Positions 24,694-37,075 of a stretch of DNA of 64,000 nt are shown one piece after another (within the stretch, counting starts at the first letter, position 1; every line of letters starts with the position of its first letter). This stretch comes from the human T2T-CHM13v2.0 reference genome, Homo sapiens. The translations under genes and the position numbers were made by a program. The stretch lies in assembly GCF_009914755.1 (NCBI RefSeq), contig NC_060927.1. One strand, given 5' to 3'. The notes beneath the pieces were generated by a model. That model did no database searches and was not told the DNA's origin. It was given only the letters and a program-made list of their open reading frames with translations.

Positions 24694-26299
24694 AATTCGA
24701 CTTTTCATTTAGTTTAAATAAATAATTATCAATTAAACGTTAGTCCTCCTCCTGGCACTTGTAATGATTGATTCCTTGGTATTCATTCCTTCAACATATA
24801 ATTATGGAATAACTACTTCTTATTAGGCTTGATAAATAAGACAGCCTATCTTCAAAGGGGTTAACATCTAATACTCTTTACATTGGTTTCTCTTTGGTAT
24901 CTTTGTCAAACATGTGTGGAAATTTATGACACAGCTATGCTTTATCCGGCTCAGTTTAAAATGATAAACATTTTCAAATCTTGATTCCCATGCCAGTTTT
25001 ATTCTCAGTATCAAATTTCTCACATACCTAAGATGTATTTTTTTTAATTGCTGAAGAGGTGTTTATTTCTTCATTGTTATTTCATGTGTGTGTGCCATGT
25101 GCTAGTCTATACCAGTCAGGTCCTGTTATAAGGGCCAGGGATGTAAAGACAAGTGAGAATTGGCATAGGAGAGCCCACAGCCTTCAGATGGCAAAGAGAG
25201 AAGAGTAAATTGAGTGTTTTGTTGGATCCCACTGATGGCGTGGCACACGTAAGAGAGGAGGCGCTTCCCTGGAGGAGGTGATTTCAGACCTGGTGTAAGT
25301 AGTTGGGAAGGTATTAAGAGGCTGACATTGTTTGGACTAGAAACTAGGGGTTCTACCTCTTTTTTACGTGACCTAGGTTTTGATTTTCATTTTGTCTGTC
25401 ATGCTGTTCCTACCTTGTTCATTTTCACAACTTTGTTCAAAACAGCCTCCAGGCTTCTTGAGCCATTTTGTGTATTATATATTAACACCATCCCAGGGGA
25501 TTACTTTCCCACTTCCTTCTTGAGAAAATAAAGACTACAAGACATGAAGTTTCTTGATTTCTTTCATCTCAGCACTTACCTTCACCAAATGCTTCTTTCC
25601 TTCTTCCCTCCTCTCTGCCACTAAAGTGCCCACTTAAGTGCAGTACTTCATCCCCATTTGTCTTCTCAAAGGCTTCAGTGATCATTTTTTTTCTCTCTTG
25701 TAGTTTAGACTCTTTTCCTCTACCCTCATTTTCTTTTTGATCTACAATCACATCAAGTCTACAGGCATGTTTAGGTGCCTTCTATATTTTTTTTAAAAGT
25801 GAAGTAAATTTGTTATTGATTGCTGGGCCAAAGCTCTGGAATGTCTTATAGGGTCTAGTGATGCAGGAATGTATAATAGTGATCAGCACTTATTTCTATT
25901 AATATATGGGAATATGGTGAACCTTTCTGTGCTGGTTTTCCTTTCTCTATCCGCACCCCATTCTGCAGTATTCCCCTAAGCTTTAACCTGTAAAGATGGG
26001 AAGTCCAGGCCTTGGCTTCCCTTGCCTGGCAGATTGGTCACTTAATACCAGGTGTTGAGGTTGGTCATAGGAAAGTTGTATCTACTCATTGTATCTTTTG
26101 ATCTTAGGTATGGATGTTTTTGCACTGCTGTTTACTGACTGAATAGAAATTCTAAGGAACAGTAACCTAAGGCTGAGTTCAAGTCTTCATTTTTTCTTAT
26201 TGTGAGCCTGGACCAGCTTTCATGGACTAGATCTGCTCACCTTTTTTCTGTCCCTTCAGGATGCTTCCTCTCTCTCTCCTTTCCTTTCATTCCGCAAGA

Positions 26300-26800
26300 T
26301 CTTGAAAGGAATAATCCACACTTAACTGCACCCACTTACTCAACTTCTCTTTACTCCTCTGTCCAATAATATCTGCCTCTTCCCCTAACCACTCTACTGA
26401 TAATGTACTTGCCAAGATGTTTAAAGCCTTTCATATTGCCAAATTAAATGCCATTTTCAATTCTAACTATACTTGACTTCCTTACAGCATTTAGTGCTGT
26501 TGACACTTTAACAAGTCATTAAATCCATTCCTTCCTAGGGTCAGTTTATCTCAGTTTTCCTACGACATTCTCATTCTCCTTTGCCGTCTTCTCTTTTTGT
26601 CTTTCCCTCTGAAACAATGATGTTTCTCAGGACTTCATGTTTGTTCTGATTAACTTCTTACTTCATGTTCTAATTGAATGGTATTATCCATATTTTCCAC
26701 AGCTGATAATTCACAAATCAAAATCTGCATTCTAAATTTTCTTAGTAGTATTGTATTTTTAACTCTGGACTAGATACACTCATCTGATTGTTCACAATGA
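26300..26800 (+). mobile_element. L2 LINE fragment
   Basis: Pyrimidine-rich L2 body motifs (attgccaaattaaatg, cttgacttccttacagcatttagtgctgttgac); continues after the MLT1 insertion. Confidence 0.6.
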
Positions 26801-26801
26801 C

Positions 26802-27025
26802 TGTTATGGACTGAATTGTGTTGTCCCCAAATTTATATGTAGAAGTGTTAACCCACAATGTGACTGTATTTGAAGATAAAGGAGTAATTAAGGTTAAGTG
26901 AGTTCATAGGATGGGACTCTAATCCAATAAGCCTGGTGTCCTTATAAGAAAAGGAAGAGACATCCAGTAACAACATACACAGAGGAAAGTCCATGTAAGG
27001 ACACAGCAGGAAGCTATTGAGCCTC
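26802..27025 (+). mobile_element. MLT1 (A/B/C-like) MaLR LTR 5' part
   Basis: tgttatggactgaattgtg...aatgtgactgtatttg...taatccaataagcctggtgtccttataagaaaagga. Confidence 0.8.
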
Positions 27026-27104
27026 ACCATTCATCCCAAACAAACAAAAATCAGAAACCTTAGAATCATCTCTTTTCCTTGTTCCTACATCTAACAGAAA
27101 GGAA

Positions 27105-27320
27105 GATGTAGCAGTTTGGTAAAGAGTACGGGCTCAGAGACAAACAGCCTGTATTTCAATTTTAGGATTGCCATTTGCTAGCTCTATAACTGCGGCAAAT
27201 TATTTCACCTTCATGTCTCATCTGTGACCACGGTTTTGATGTAAATGTCTATTTCATAGGGTTGTTAGGAAGAATAGAATGCTTCTATTCTCAAAGAGTA
27301 TGCATTTACTAATGTTAACT
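27105..27320 (+). mobile_element. MIR SINE
   Basis: tagcagtttggtaaagagtacgggctcagag...tgccatttgctagct...tcatagggttgttaggaag. Confidence 0.7.
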
Positions 27321-28224
27321 TTTATAATCACCAGCGTCATTATTAAATACTACCACATCTTCTCAGTGACAGCTGAAATATCTTTAAATCCAGACCATCT
27401 TTTTTTTGAAATCCCTGTTGTCACTCCCAAGCACTCCTCATAACTCACCTTGGCTATCCCCTCAGATCTCTTATTTCTAGCTGCTTCTTTCTATAAAATA
27501 TTTTATGCTCCTCAGTCGATCTTCAGGGGAAAAATATGCTAGAATAATCCTTGGTGAAAAATCTGAATACATGCTCTTCATTTTCTTCTAATACTCCTCC
27601 CACTGCTTATGAGGGAAAAATCCACATTTATTAGCATTTTAGACACTATTTTAAAAAATCTCATTCCCACAATAGCCTTTCACCCATCTATAGATACAAT
27701 GCCACTTTGCCAAGACTGAGCTCATCTTGTTGAGAAATATGCTCAGTTTCTTCATGTCCTAAAGAGTCAGTAGCTGTTTACCAACATCCTTCCTACTTTT
27801 CTTCACCTGGAAAATTATAATTCATCCTTCAAGATTCCTCTTAAATAAGTTCTTACTAACAGATGTTCATAAGACCCTAATGTCTATGATCTTTAAAGGT
27901 TGATTTCACCCCATGTTGATCCATCTATGTTTAATCTTTTAAAAAATGAAAATATAGATGTATTTTGAAAGTCAAAAATAATTAACATGATCATTTATTT
28001 ATATTAAAATGAATCTATTTTGACTAGAGTTTTATAGTATTATCTAAGTTTAATGTGTTGTTTAAAAATTTCCTCCAGCCATTTCTTTTTTTGGCTTTTT
28101 AAATTCAAGTGTATTCCATTTTTCTGCATCTATCGCTACACTTATACATACCAAATTATGACTTTATGTAGTTTTAAAATACCCATATTTGTAGACTAGT
28201 TCTGTCCACATAGTTGTTGGCTTT

Positions 28225-28440
28225 AGTACACTGTGAAGAAGGACACAGACTGTGGAGTCAAACTTCCTAGATTCAAATTTCAGGTTGACCACTTAACAGT
28301 GGAGTCACTACAGGCAAATAATTCAATTTCCTGTGCCTCTGTTTCCTCAGTAGTAACCTCACAATGACATGATGCCCGTTAAATTAGTCAAAGGATAGAA
28401 AGCTCTTAGAAAAGTGGCTGATAAACAGTAGTAACCCAAT
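28225..28440 (+). mobile_element. MIR SINE
   Basis: acagactgtggagtcaaacttcctagattcaaatt...ctgtgcctctgtttcctca...cttagaaaagtggctg. Confidence 0.7.
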
Positions 28441-29949
28441 AACCATGGGGTACTTAATTAGTTTAAAAGCCTTTACTGCTACCCTTTTGTTGACTCAAGC
28501 AGTTTCTTTCTTTTCTAGTTCGGACTCCTATACGCAATTGCACAAGTCCATGGACAAGAGATTCCCCTCCATCATATCCCACACATTGAGTAGATATTGA
28601 TGTCCAGGGCTAAACTTACACAGAAGATACAATCAAACGAACTGGATTTTTTTTTACTCCATATTATGTCAAATCATAACATTGACTGAACTTATCCATC
28701 TTCTATTTCTGTTCAGTATTGCCATCAAAGGAGTATATGGCAGAGAGACCCAAGTTAAGTGGATACTTCGATTTTTCTCTAGGGTACTAGGCCTTGTAAA
28801 ATCATTAAGCAATACGTGTACAGTTTACATTCCGAAATGCATGTGATTCATTGAGAAGTAAAGTGAAATTAAGGGTCTATTTTTATCTATGTCGGACAAT
28901 CAAGTCCTGAATTAGATGTAATTATAGAAATTCTTAACATTGCATACCTACTGTCGGTTAAGTCATCACCTAGAAGTTTTGGACAAAAGAGTTTTCCATG
29001 TTTCTGTCAAAGTGATATACATTTCCCTTCGAAAATGTGGAAGTTTTCTTAAGATAAGGCTTACAAGTAATTACTGGGGAAACTGAGATGATTCTCCTTG
29101 AGCCTGAAGAATTATGGATTCTGTCTTCAACAGCCCTGCTGTTAATGATTCTAACATTGTTAATTTTTTATGTTCTAATCATGTTCAGTTACAGCCTTAA
29201 CTTTGACTCTCGTGAAATATGTTCCTACAAAATATCTTTCTATCATCATAAACTGAAATTCATAATAGAAAATGATTTCAATTATCCAAGGTTATGCTGA
29301 TCTTTTTTCTTGAGTATATTTTGTATTTTCTTAATTTATCTTATACTTTGTCAAAAAGTGTAGTTTTATTCTAAATTTTTTCTTTCAAATTAATGCCTAA
29401 TTCTATCTAACATATTGTTAATAGTAATATCTGCACATATACTTAGTTATTTTCCAGCTTAAATATTTTAAATAAGGCAATATTCTATTTATTACGAAAA
29501 CAGTATATTTCCATGTTCTGAAAGGGTTTTAAGGTGACTTACAATGATTATACTAGAGGAGGGTATTTTTTGTTGTTACTTTTTGTTCCTGACTTTTCAC
29601 TAGAATTAAGTGACAATGGCTAAGTTCCCATCCACAGTTTTATTATAAAGATAATAATATTATGGCCTAATTGGGTGTATATAGAAGTTCCTTGGTAAAA
29701 TCATTCCAAATTCTCAAGTAGACATATTTTTCAAGAGTGGTCCGTGTGCAAAGCTATAAACAGTATAAATCCAAAATATTTCTCTCTTCCATCAGAAATC
29801 TAAATAGTTATTGGATATTAATTAACATTAGGCAAATTTAACTACCTATAATTCTATAAATGGAATTTAAAGAAAAATACTGGTACTGTTTCCTGTCACA
29901 AAGCAAATCAAATTCTTCCTGTTAACTAATTATTTTTAGCAATTTCAGC

Positions 29950-30299
29950 TGTGTAGAAGGTAAAAGTGCTGCCCAAAGATGCCTATGTCTTAATCCTTAG
30001 AACCTGTGTATATATTAGTTTGCACGGCAAAGAGAAATTAAGATTATAAATGGAACTAAGGTTGCTAATCAACTGACCTTACATTAGGGAGAGTATCTTG
30101 AGTTGTCCAGGTGATTCTGATGTGATCCTTAGGGAAGAAGAGGAAGAAGGGAGCCAGAGAAATGGCAATGTGACAAAGATTACATCTGTTGTTGCTAGCT
30201 TTGAAAATAGACCTCCAGAATTGTAAAATAACAAATTTGTGTTGTTTTAACCTCCTCAATTTATGGCAATTTATTACAGTAGCCATAGGAAATTAATAT
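29950..30299 (+). mobile_element. MLT1D-like MaLR LTR (internally deleted)
   Basis: cccaaagatgcctatgtcttaatccttagaacctgtg...aaggttgctaatcaactgacctt...ctccagaattgtaaaataacaaatttgtgttgtttta...acagtagccataggaaattaata. Confidence 0.82.
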
Positions 30300-33200
30300 G
30301 TTACCCACCTCTACATGACCACTATCTTCAGTGTTTGACAGTAAATTATTTTTTGTTTCTACTACAAGGAAGTCTAACACGAGTTTTTTTTTTAAGTCTA
30401 ACACTTGATTTTTACTCTACACAAAACTTCACATTGCTGTCTTGATGTCTTTGCTATATTGACCTAAGCCAAATTCAAACTACTGAAAAGGTAAAGTTTC
30501 AACCTCAAGAGCTTGTCCTTTGGGCCAAGCAATGCTTAGATTCACAGTTTTGAAAATTAGCTACCCCATATTTAAGCAATCCAGTTTAAGAGCAAAACTT
30601 AATTACTTAATTACTCTAGAGAGTCTTCAAAGTTCAATGCACAAAAGCAGTTAGGCTAATTTCCAGAAATCAAAAATTTTCCCTTTTAATTTTCTTGATA
30701 CAGTCCAACTAGTATAACTTGATTTCTTATTTCATATTTTACTAAAGCACACTTAAAGTGCATTAAAAATAAAGATGTTTTTAATAGCAAATTCTATAAT
30801 TTACTTGTACTAAAATTAAATGGTCTTCCTCTTTCACATTTTGCAAAGTTTGACAGCATATTTATTTTTTCCTTATGTATATGCTGTCAGATAACCTTGT
30901 TCAATTTAAAGCACTGTCTTAATTCACTGGCCCCCTGATAAAAACATGTGACTTTTCCTTAAAGCCTATGTATTGTCATTTGTATAACACCACATGTTTT
31001 ACAAAACACAGCTTTTTTTGAACTAATGGATTTATGTCTAGGTGGGTAAAGTTTATTTTTATGCTCTGCTGATGATAGAAAATATCTATGGAAGAAAAGA
31101 AAGAAAGCATTAAACTCATACTGAAATTTCAAGTTATAGATGTAAAATTATTATTATATTGTGTTTTTAAATTGAATATTATTCAACACATTCCTCTACT
31201 TGAACTATGCTGGGTTACAAGAGGGCAATAATCAATAAAGTAGCTCATTATTTGTGATACTTCTAATTACCTCTATGCTAGCACTGACGCTATGGTTTAA
31301 CCAATGCATATTTTAAAAATTTGCTTGAACAGGATCTTGTTATCACCCTAATTTTTGCTGTGGAGTTTTATTAGAAAATCACGTTACTCATCTGACTGCC
31401 ACAACAACAGCATTATCTCTAGGGTACTGTTTTTTATATCAAGGTTAATTTAAAGTGATTAGCATAAGCACTACAGATGTTGCTATGGGGATAAGAACTG
31501 CACATCTTCTGTGATGGACATCATATGATTGCTGTTACAGTCCTGGTAAGATTGAATTATTTGTTTTAATGTCATGTGAAACAAGTCACATGATAAAGAT
31601 CAGTATCTTTTTAATAGCATGCCATATTCCTAAATCAATCACCTTTTCACTTGCACAGAATGGTGCATATATAAAACTCACTACTTTATTTTTGGTAAGG
31701 TAAATTCATCATGATGTTTGGATATTCAGAATATTTCTTTTAATTGGTATTGATTTTTCTATCTCCCAAGAGGAAAGACACAGTGGTTAAAAGGAGAGTG
31801 CTTATTCACATTCAATTCATTCAACAAACAGTCATTGAAAGCTTACTATGGGTCTGGCATTTTCCATATGCTGACAAAAAAATGAAATTTTGTAGTAAAT
31901 ATTTGCTTTGCCTTGTTTTTCCCAGTTGAATCTGGACACACATAGATTCCAGCCCTGGAAATAGTATAAAATATGAGGCTTGAGTGGGAGAGATCAGGGG
32001 TTGGAATACAGAAGCCAATGGCACCCTGTCTTTGAGAATGGGTAAGAGAGGGATACCATTGAAGAACAGACATGACAAATGAGAATCCCACATGTTCACA
32101 AACAAGAGTGGTGTGAAGAGTGGGCATTCTGAAAGAAGAGACTGAGAAGTAAATATTGAAATCTTGAGAAATAAATATGGAAAGAAATTCCATCGCTTAT
32201 CACTTTTATTCCTGGGAACCAGAGGGAGGATTTTTTTTTTTTTTTAATAGACGGGAGAAGTCAAGGAGAAAGCAATAAAGTTGAGGAGTAAATGGGAGAA
32301 GTAACAGTTATTTCTCCACCATAGCCAAAATTTTTGTGTCTACTAACATCAAGAAATCGAAGTCAGGTGAAAGAGGGACGCTAATGACAATGGAAAGATG
32401 AATACGGTCTCTAAACAAGAAAGCATTCAATTACCAGAAAAATGTATGACCGTGGGAAGAGTTCATAAACACTGCCCCCACTCCAGCTCCACCATGGATT
32501 ATAGTGAAGACTGAGTAGTCAAATCCACAGTTTGTGCAATTCAATTTCCTAATCCCTGAAGACACTAGGAACAATTTAAGTTTATATATAATTATTATTG
32601 TAGAGATAGAGTATCACACTAATAAATTTTCAGAATTCCCTGAAAAAGTTTTAAGATGTTTATGATACTGATCACAAACATATCTCATAATATTTGGGGT
32701 TGGGGTGCGAGAAGAATATTTTTTACTGGGAATTTGATAATTAGAACATTCATAATGCCAAATCATCTATAAACACCATTTTTTATTTTTAAGTTTTAAA
32801 AATTGTCATGAAAGGCAAATTTTCTCCAATTCAAATTTCATATAAATATACTGAGTTCTGGCAATGTGAATATGAACTCTTTTCCCCAAAGTCTTTTATC
32901 AGAATCTCCATCATTTCCCGTAATTTGGCCCCGAAGAGCAGACCACGGTGGCTGTGGTGTAAAACGTTACCTCCTCTTTAGATAAAATTATTAGGAAAGT
33001 GTTGCCTCTACTGAGATTTTTCCTGAGTCAATGCCCAGTGCAACGGCAGGGAGGAAACCATTAACTCTCCTCTGAGAAGGTTCTGTCTGGTGATAGAATT
33101 TTTAAATTAAAGTACTTAGTGATTGTAATCAAGCTGATATTTCAATGTAACAAGTAGAGCAGAAAATATGCCTGTACCTGAGAATATTCCATCAATATAC

Positions 33201-33934
33201 CCTTTCCGATAGTTTATCCTGTTTCCTGTTCATCAGCCTTGGTAAGTGACCATCAATAACGTAGTGACGCATCTTAGGGATAGTGGATTCAGTTTCTCCA
33301 GAAGCACCCTACTTCATTTTAAAAAAGATTCATCTACTAGAAAATTCTTCCTTAGGTTTGATTGGGATTTGTCACCTTAAAACTTTCACTGGTTAGTCCA
33401 AGTTGTGGCCTGTCTGTTTATCTGGAAGCTTTCACATATCTGAGAACTTGGCCAAATCCTGCCATCATCTCAAGCTTCCTATGTGTAAAAGTAAACTCAT
33501 TCCTCTTACTGTAAAGATGATTTGCCCTTTCTTGTTTCTCCCTTTTTACAGTTTTAGAATGTTCCCTACTGTCAGGCAGCTAATAATCTAACTGAATTTT
33601 TTAAATGTTAAATATAAGTAATAAACATCTGACTGTTATTACAATATTCTTGATGTAGCTTCAGTGGATTGTTTTGTTGTTGCTTTTTATTGCTTTACTT
33701 TTTAAATATTTTGCCATGTATCTTCACCATAGTAATTGACAGATGCTTATCATCTGTCTCCTTTATAAATGACCACTTCTAACTAACTCGTAAAATGACC
33801 ACTTCTTGCTAACTCGCATTCCTGTGTCACATGTTTAATATACATAATTTAAGAATTCATCCACTGCATGGGGAAAAAGAAAAGCAAAAATATGTGATAA
33901 TGCCTTCTAAATATTTCCAGTTAGCATGTAGCCA

Positions 33935-35905
33935 ATAAAGCCCTCTGTATCCATAAATTCCACATCCATGAATTCAACAAATATTTGATAGAAAATATAT
34001 TTTTTAATTGTGTTGGAAGCAGCAGCTTGTCTGAAGTGGCCACTGCAAAGACACTGGCTGTAGCTGGAAAGGCGTGGCTGGGATTGTGTGCTCTGCAGGG
34101 CCAGGAGGGCCCAGGAAGGAGCAGGAGCCCTGCCCCCTTCCAAGTTGGTGGGGTAGAAGCCCCTCACTCCCAGGCACAGCTGCAACTGTCCAGCCACAGC
34201 TCCAGACCCAGGCATCCCTGCACTCTCAGGGGCCTGGGAAGCTCCTGCCCCCACAGGCTCAGAAGTGCCTGCTCCCACTCTCTGGCCTCTCCCCGCACCC
34301 AGTGCTCACTCTGGTGTGGAGCAAAGCTGTGGCCAAACCCAGGTGCTGGCACGACCTGGCTGAGTATGTGCACACTCGGGATGGCACTGACATGCCAGCT
34401 CCCTGCTGCCTCAGCCTTCTTCAGACTTTGGTCACTGAAGAGCATGGGAGGGATCCCTGGGGGAGCTGAGGGCAGCTTAGTGCAGGCCTGCAGGCAACCC
34501 TTAGTGTGAACAGCCTGGGTGCTGTGGATGGCATGTTGATGGCAGGAGGCGGACAGGTTCCTGGGCGGAAAGTGTTGGGTCCCTAGTGAAACTCCACCTT
34601 CTAGGCAGGGACAGCTAGGAGTCTCGGGGGCGAGCTGCCAGCTCCAGGTGGAGTTGGTGGCCCAGAGTGAGAACTTATGGTGCTTTTTCCAGTCCCACCC
34701 ATGGCCATCCATGGAAGCACAATCAGCATGAACTTTCTCCCTTCTGAGCCCATGAAAACCCCAGACTCAGCCAGACTCACACAGAAGTTGGGACTACCAG
34801 CTGCAGGAAGGAGCTGCCCACTTTGAGTCTCCTCAATTCGTAAGAACGACCTGCCTGATGGAACAGAAGGGAGCTACCTACTAAAGGTCTACTCTCCTCT
34901 GAGAGCTGAATACCCATCAGGACAACCTGCCTGCAGAAAGGACCTACCCACTTCAGGTCTCCTGAGAGCTGTTCTGTTGCTCAATGAAGCTCCTTTCCGT
35001 CTTGCTCACCCTCCAGTTGTCCACGTACCTCATTCATCCTGGACGTGGGACAAGAACTCAGGACCCACCTAATGGCAGGACTGAAAAAGCTGTAACACAA
35101 ACAGGGCTGAAACACGCCCCCCACCCTACTCACCACATTGTGGGCAACGAGAAGGATAGAATGAGGAGCTATGGCCCTTCAGGGAGCCCAGACCTAGAGG
35201 ATCCCTGAACCAGCGCTGTGACACCCTCCTGGGGTTTTGTGACACCCTCTTGGGGCTTTGCAGTTTCTGGCATCTCTACACTTCCAGGCACCACCATGTT
35301 CCCCTTGTCCAGATATGGGTGCCCACAGTGGAAGCTGCCTGTGGTACATCAGATCCAACTGCAGCCTTGCATGAAGCCAGTACCTGTGCTGGCACCTGGA
35401 GCTGCCCACTGTGCCACAGCAGCCAGTATGCCTGGCTGTGTGCAGTGTCTGGACCCCGTGCTTGCTCACCCACACATCCCTCACTGCTCCATGAATGGCT
35501 CATCCTTGGCAAGTGCTGGATCTGGTCTGGCAGTGTGAGCCAAGTGCAGCCTGCAGGGCTGAGTGGGTGGAATGAGCCCAGCAGGTGCGAGCAATACTCA
35601 AGCAGAAGGTGCTGCCAGCCACAGAGGTTTCCGGCTGGCACGGCAACACCCCACGGATCCTGTGACAATTGCATCTGTCTTTTTCTTACCATTATTTCTT
35701 AGACAGTATAACAACTATTTACATAGCATTTACATTGTATTAGATATTATAAGTAATCTGGAGATGATTTAAAGTATACAGGAGGATACACATAGGTTAT
35801 ATGTAAATACTATACCATTTTATATCAGCAACTTGAGCATCCCAGAATTTTAGTATCTGTCGGGGGCCCTGGAACCAATCCCCCACAGATACTGAGGGAC
35901 AACCA
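33935..35905 (-). mobile_element. MER2 (TcMar-Tigger MITE) split by a MER52 insertion
   Basis: Left part gccctctgtatcc...gaattcaac; right part acaactatttacatagcatttacattgtatt...ctggaaccaatcccccacagatactgagggacaac matches the MER2 reverse complement. Confidence 0.85.
34011..35667 (+). mobile_element. MER52-family solo LTR (ERV1)
   Basis: TG...CA ends (tgttggaagcagcagc ... ggatcctgtgaca), 4-bp TSD attg on both sides, GC-rich 1.66-kb body. Confidence 0.88.
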
Positions 35906-36041
35906 TAATTCATGAAGAGAAATCCAGATTCAAAGACAATTAGCTAGAATTCACTAGGTAAAACATTTATTCTGGCCCTTAAACTAGCATACAATACACA
36001 TGGAATAATTCACATAGGAGTATTCATCTTAGAAGAAGTAA

Positions 36042-36135
36042 CCAGCTTCTCTCCTTTTCATATAATTAATCCACAGCTTTCTTTTTCATATAATTAATAT
36101 GCCAGCTTTCTTTTCATATAATTAATCCACAACTA
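36042..36135. repeat. Short minisatellite, 3 copies of ~27-30 bp
   Basis: Unit cagctt(n)ttttcatataattaat repeated three times. Confidence 0.85.
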
Positions 36136-36169
36136 ATTATTAAACAACTCTTTTCTGCTTCATATCATG

Positions 36170-37075
36170 ATATTCAAAAAACAATAAACCTTTCACAGAC
36201 TGAGGAAGGGAAAACATTTGAACAAACAATTATAGTGTAGTGTGGAAACTATGGCAAACACTCTATTGTGAACCCATGTAGAATATATAATCTATATTTG
36301 AGTGGACCCCAGAGAAGATGATATCTCAATTTAACCTGAAGGATGAGACAGAGCATGGACCTTTCCAACCACTGAAAGTAGTTCCATTGGGTTCCATTTA
36401 GTTGGTTACATAACTAAGAGTTTAGTAATGGGAGTGTGAGGGATTAGTTTGGAAACAGATCATGACAGGTCTTGTGAAATACATTAAATAACTTTGGACT
36501 TTATTTTAAGAGCAATAGGAGGCCATCAAAGGATATTAGTAAGAGAAAACTTGATTTGAGAAAGATCATTCCAGACGCCCTGAATAGCAAGTTTGGTGAA
36601 TGGATGGGTAAGCAAGTGGTGGGGTAGACGGCTGATGAATTCAATAGGAGAGATAGGATGTGAAAGTGAGCAGGACATAGTGTCAACTCTAGATCTTGAG
36701 AGAAAGCTGAGATTAAAATATAGATTTGGGACATCAACATATAAACATATATGAAGAACTGGTTTGGAAACAGTCTTTCAGGGATTGTAATTAGAGTGAG
36801 AAAGGGGTCAAAACTGCATTGAGAAGGAGAAACATTTTAAGGATGGGCAGAGGAAGACAAGGAAGGAGCAGACAGTGTGGCAGAAGAGATATCGAATAGC
36901 GTGGAATCAGGGAAGCTAAGGGAAGATGACTGTCAAGGAGACGATAAATCATATGTCACATGCTACCCGGTTTTTATAACAATTTTAAACAAATCAGTAG
37001 TTTTAATGACCAGAAGGTCATTGTGAACTTAGAGTTTCAGTGGAGTGTTATGATCTGAGCGAGATATTTCTGACT
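36170..37075 (-). mobile_element. L2 LINE fragment
   Basis: ctttggactttattttaagagcaataggaggccat...atagatttgggacatcaacatata...gaaggtcattgtgaacttagagtttcagtggagtg. Confidence 0.65.

Noticed and set aside
33907-35772. Cluster of long overlapping ORFs (up to 182 aa) in GC-rich DNA; possible gene or CpG island
   Set aside because: Lies within the MER52 LTR, is open in many frames on both strands because of GC content, and is CpG-depleted.
36042-36135. CRISPR-like repeat array
   Set aside because: Eukaryotic context, and the units are adjacent with no unique spacers; it is a minisatellite.
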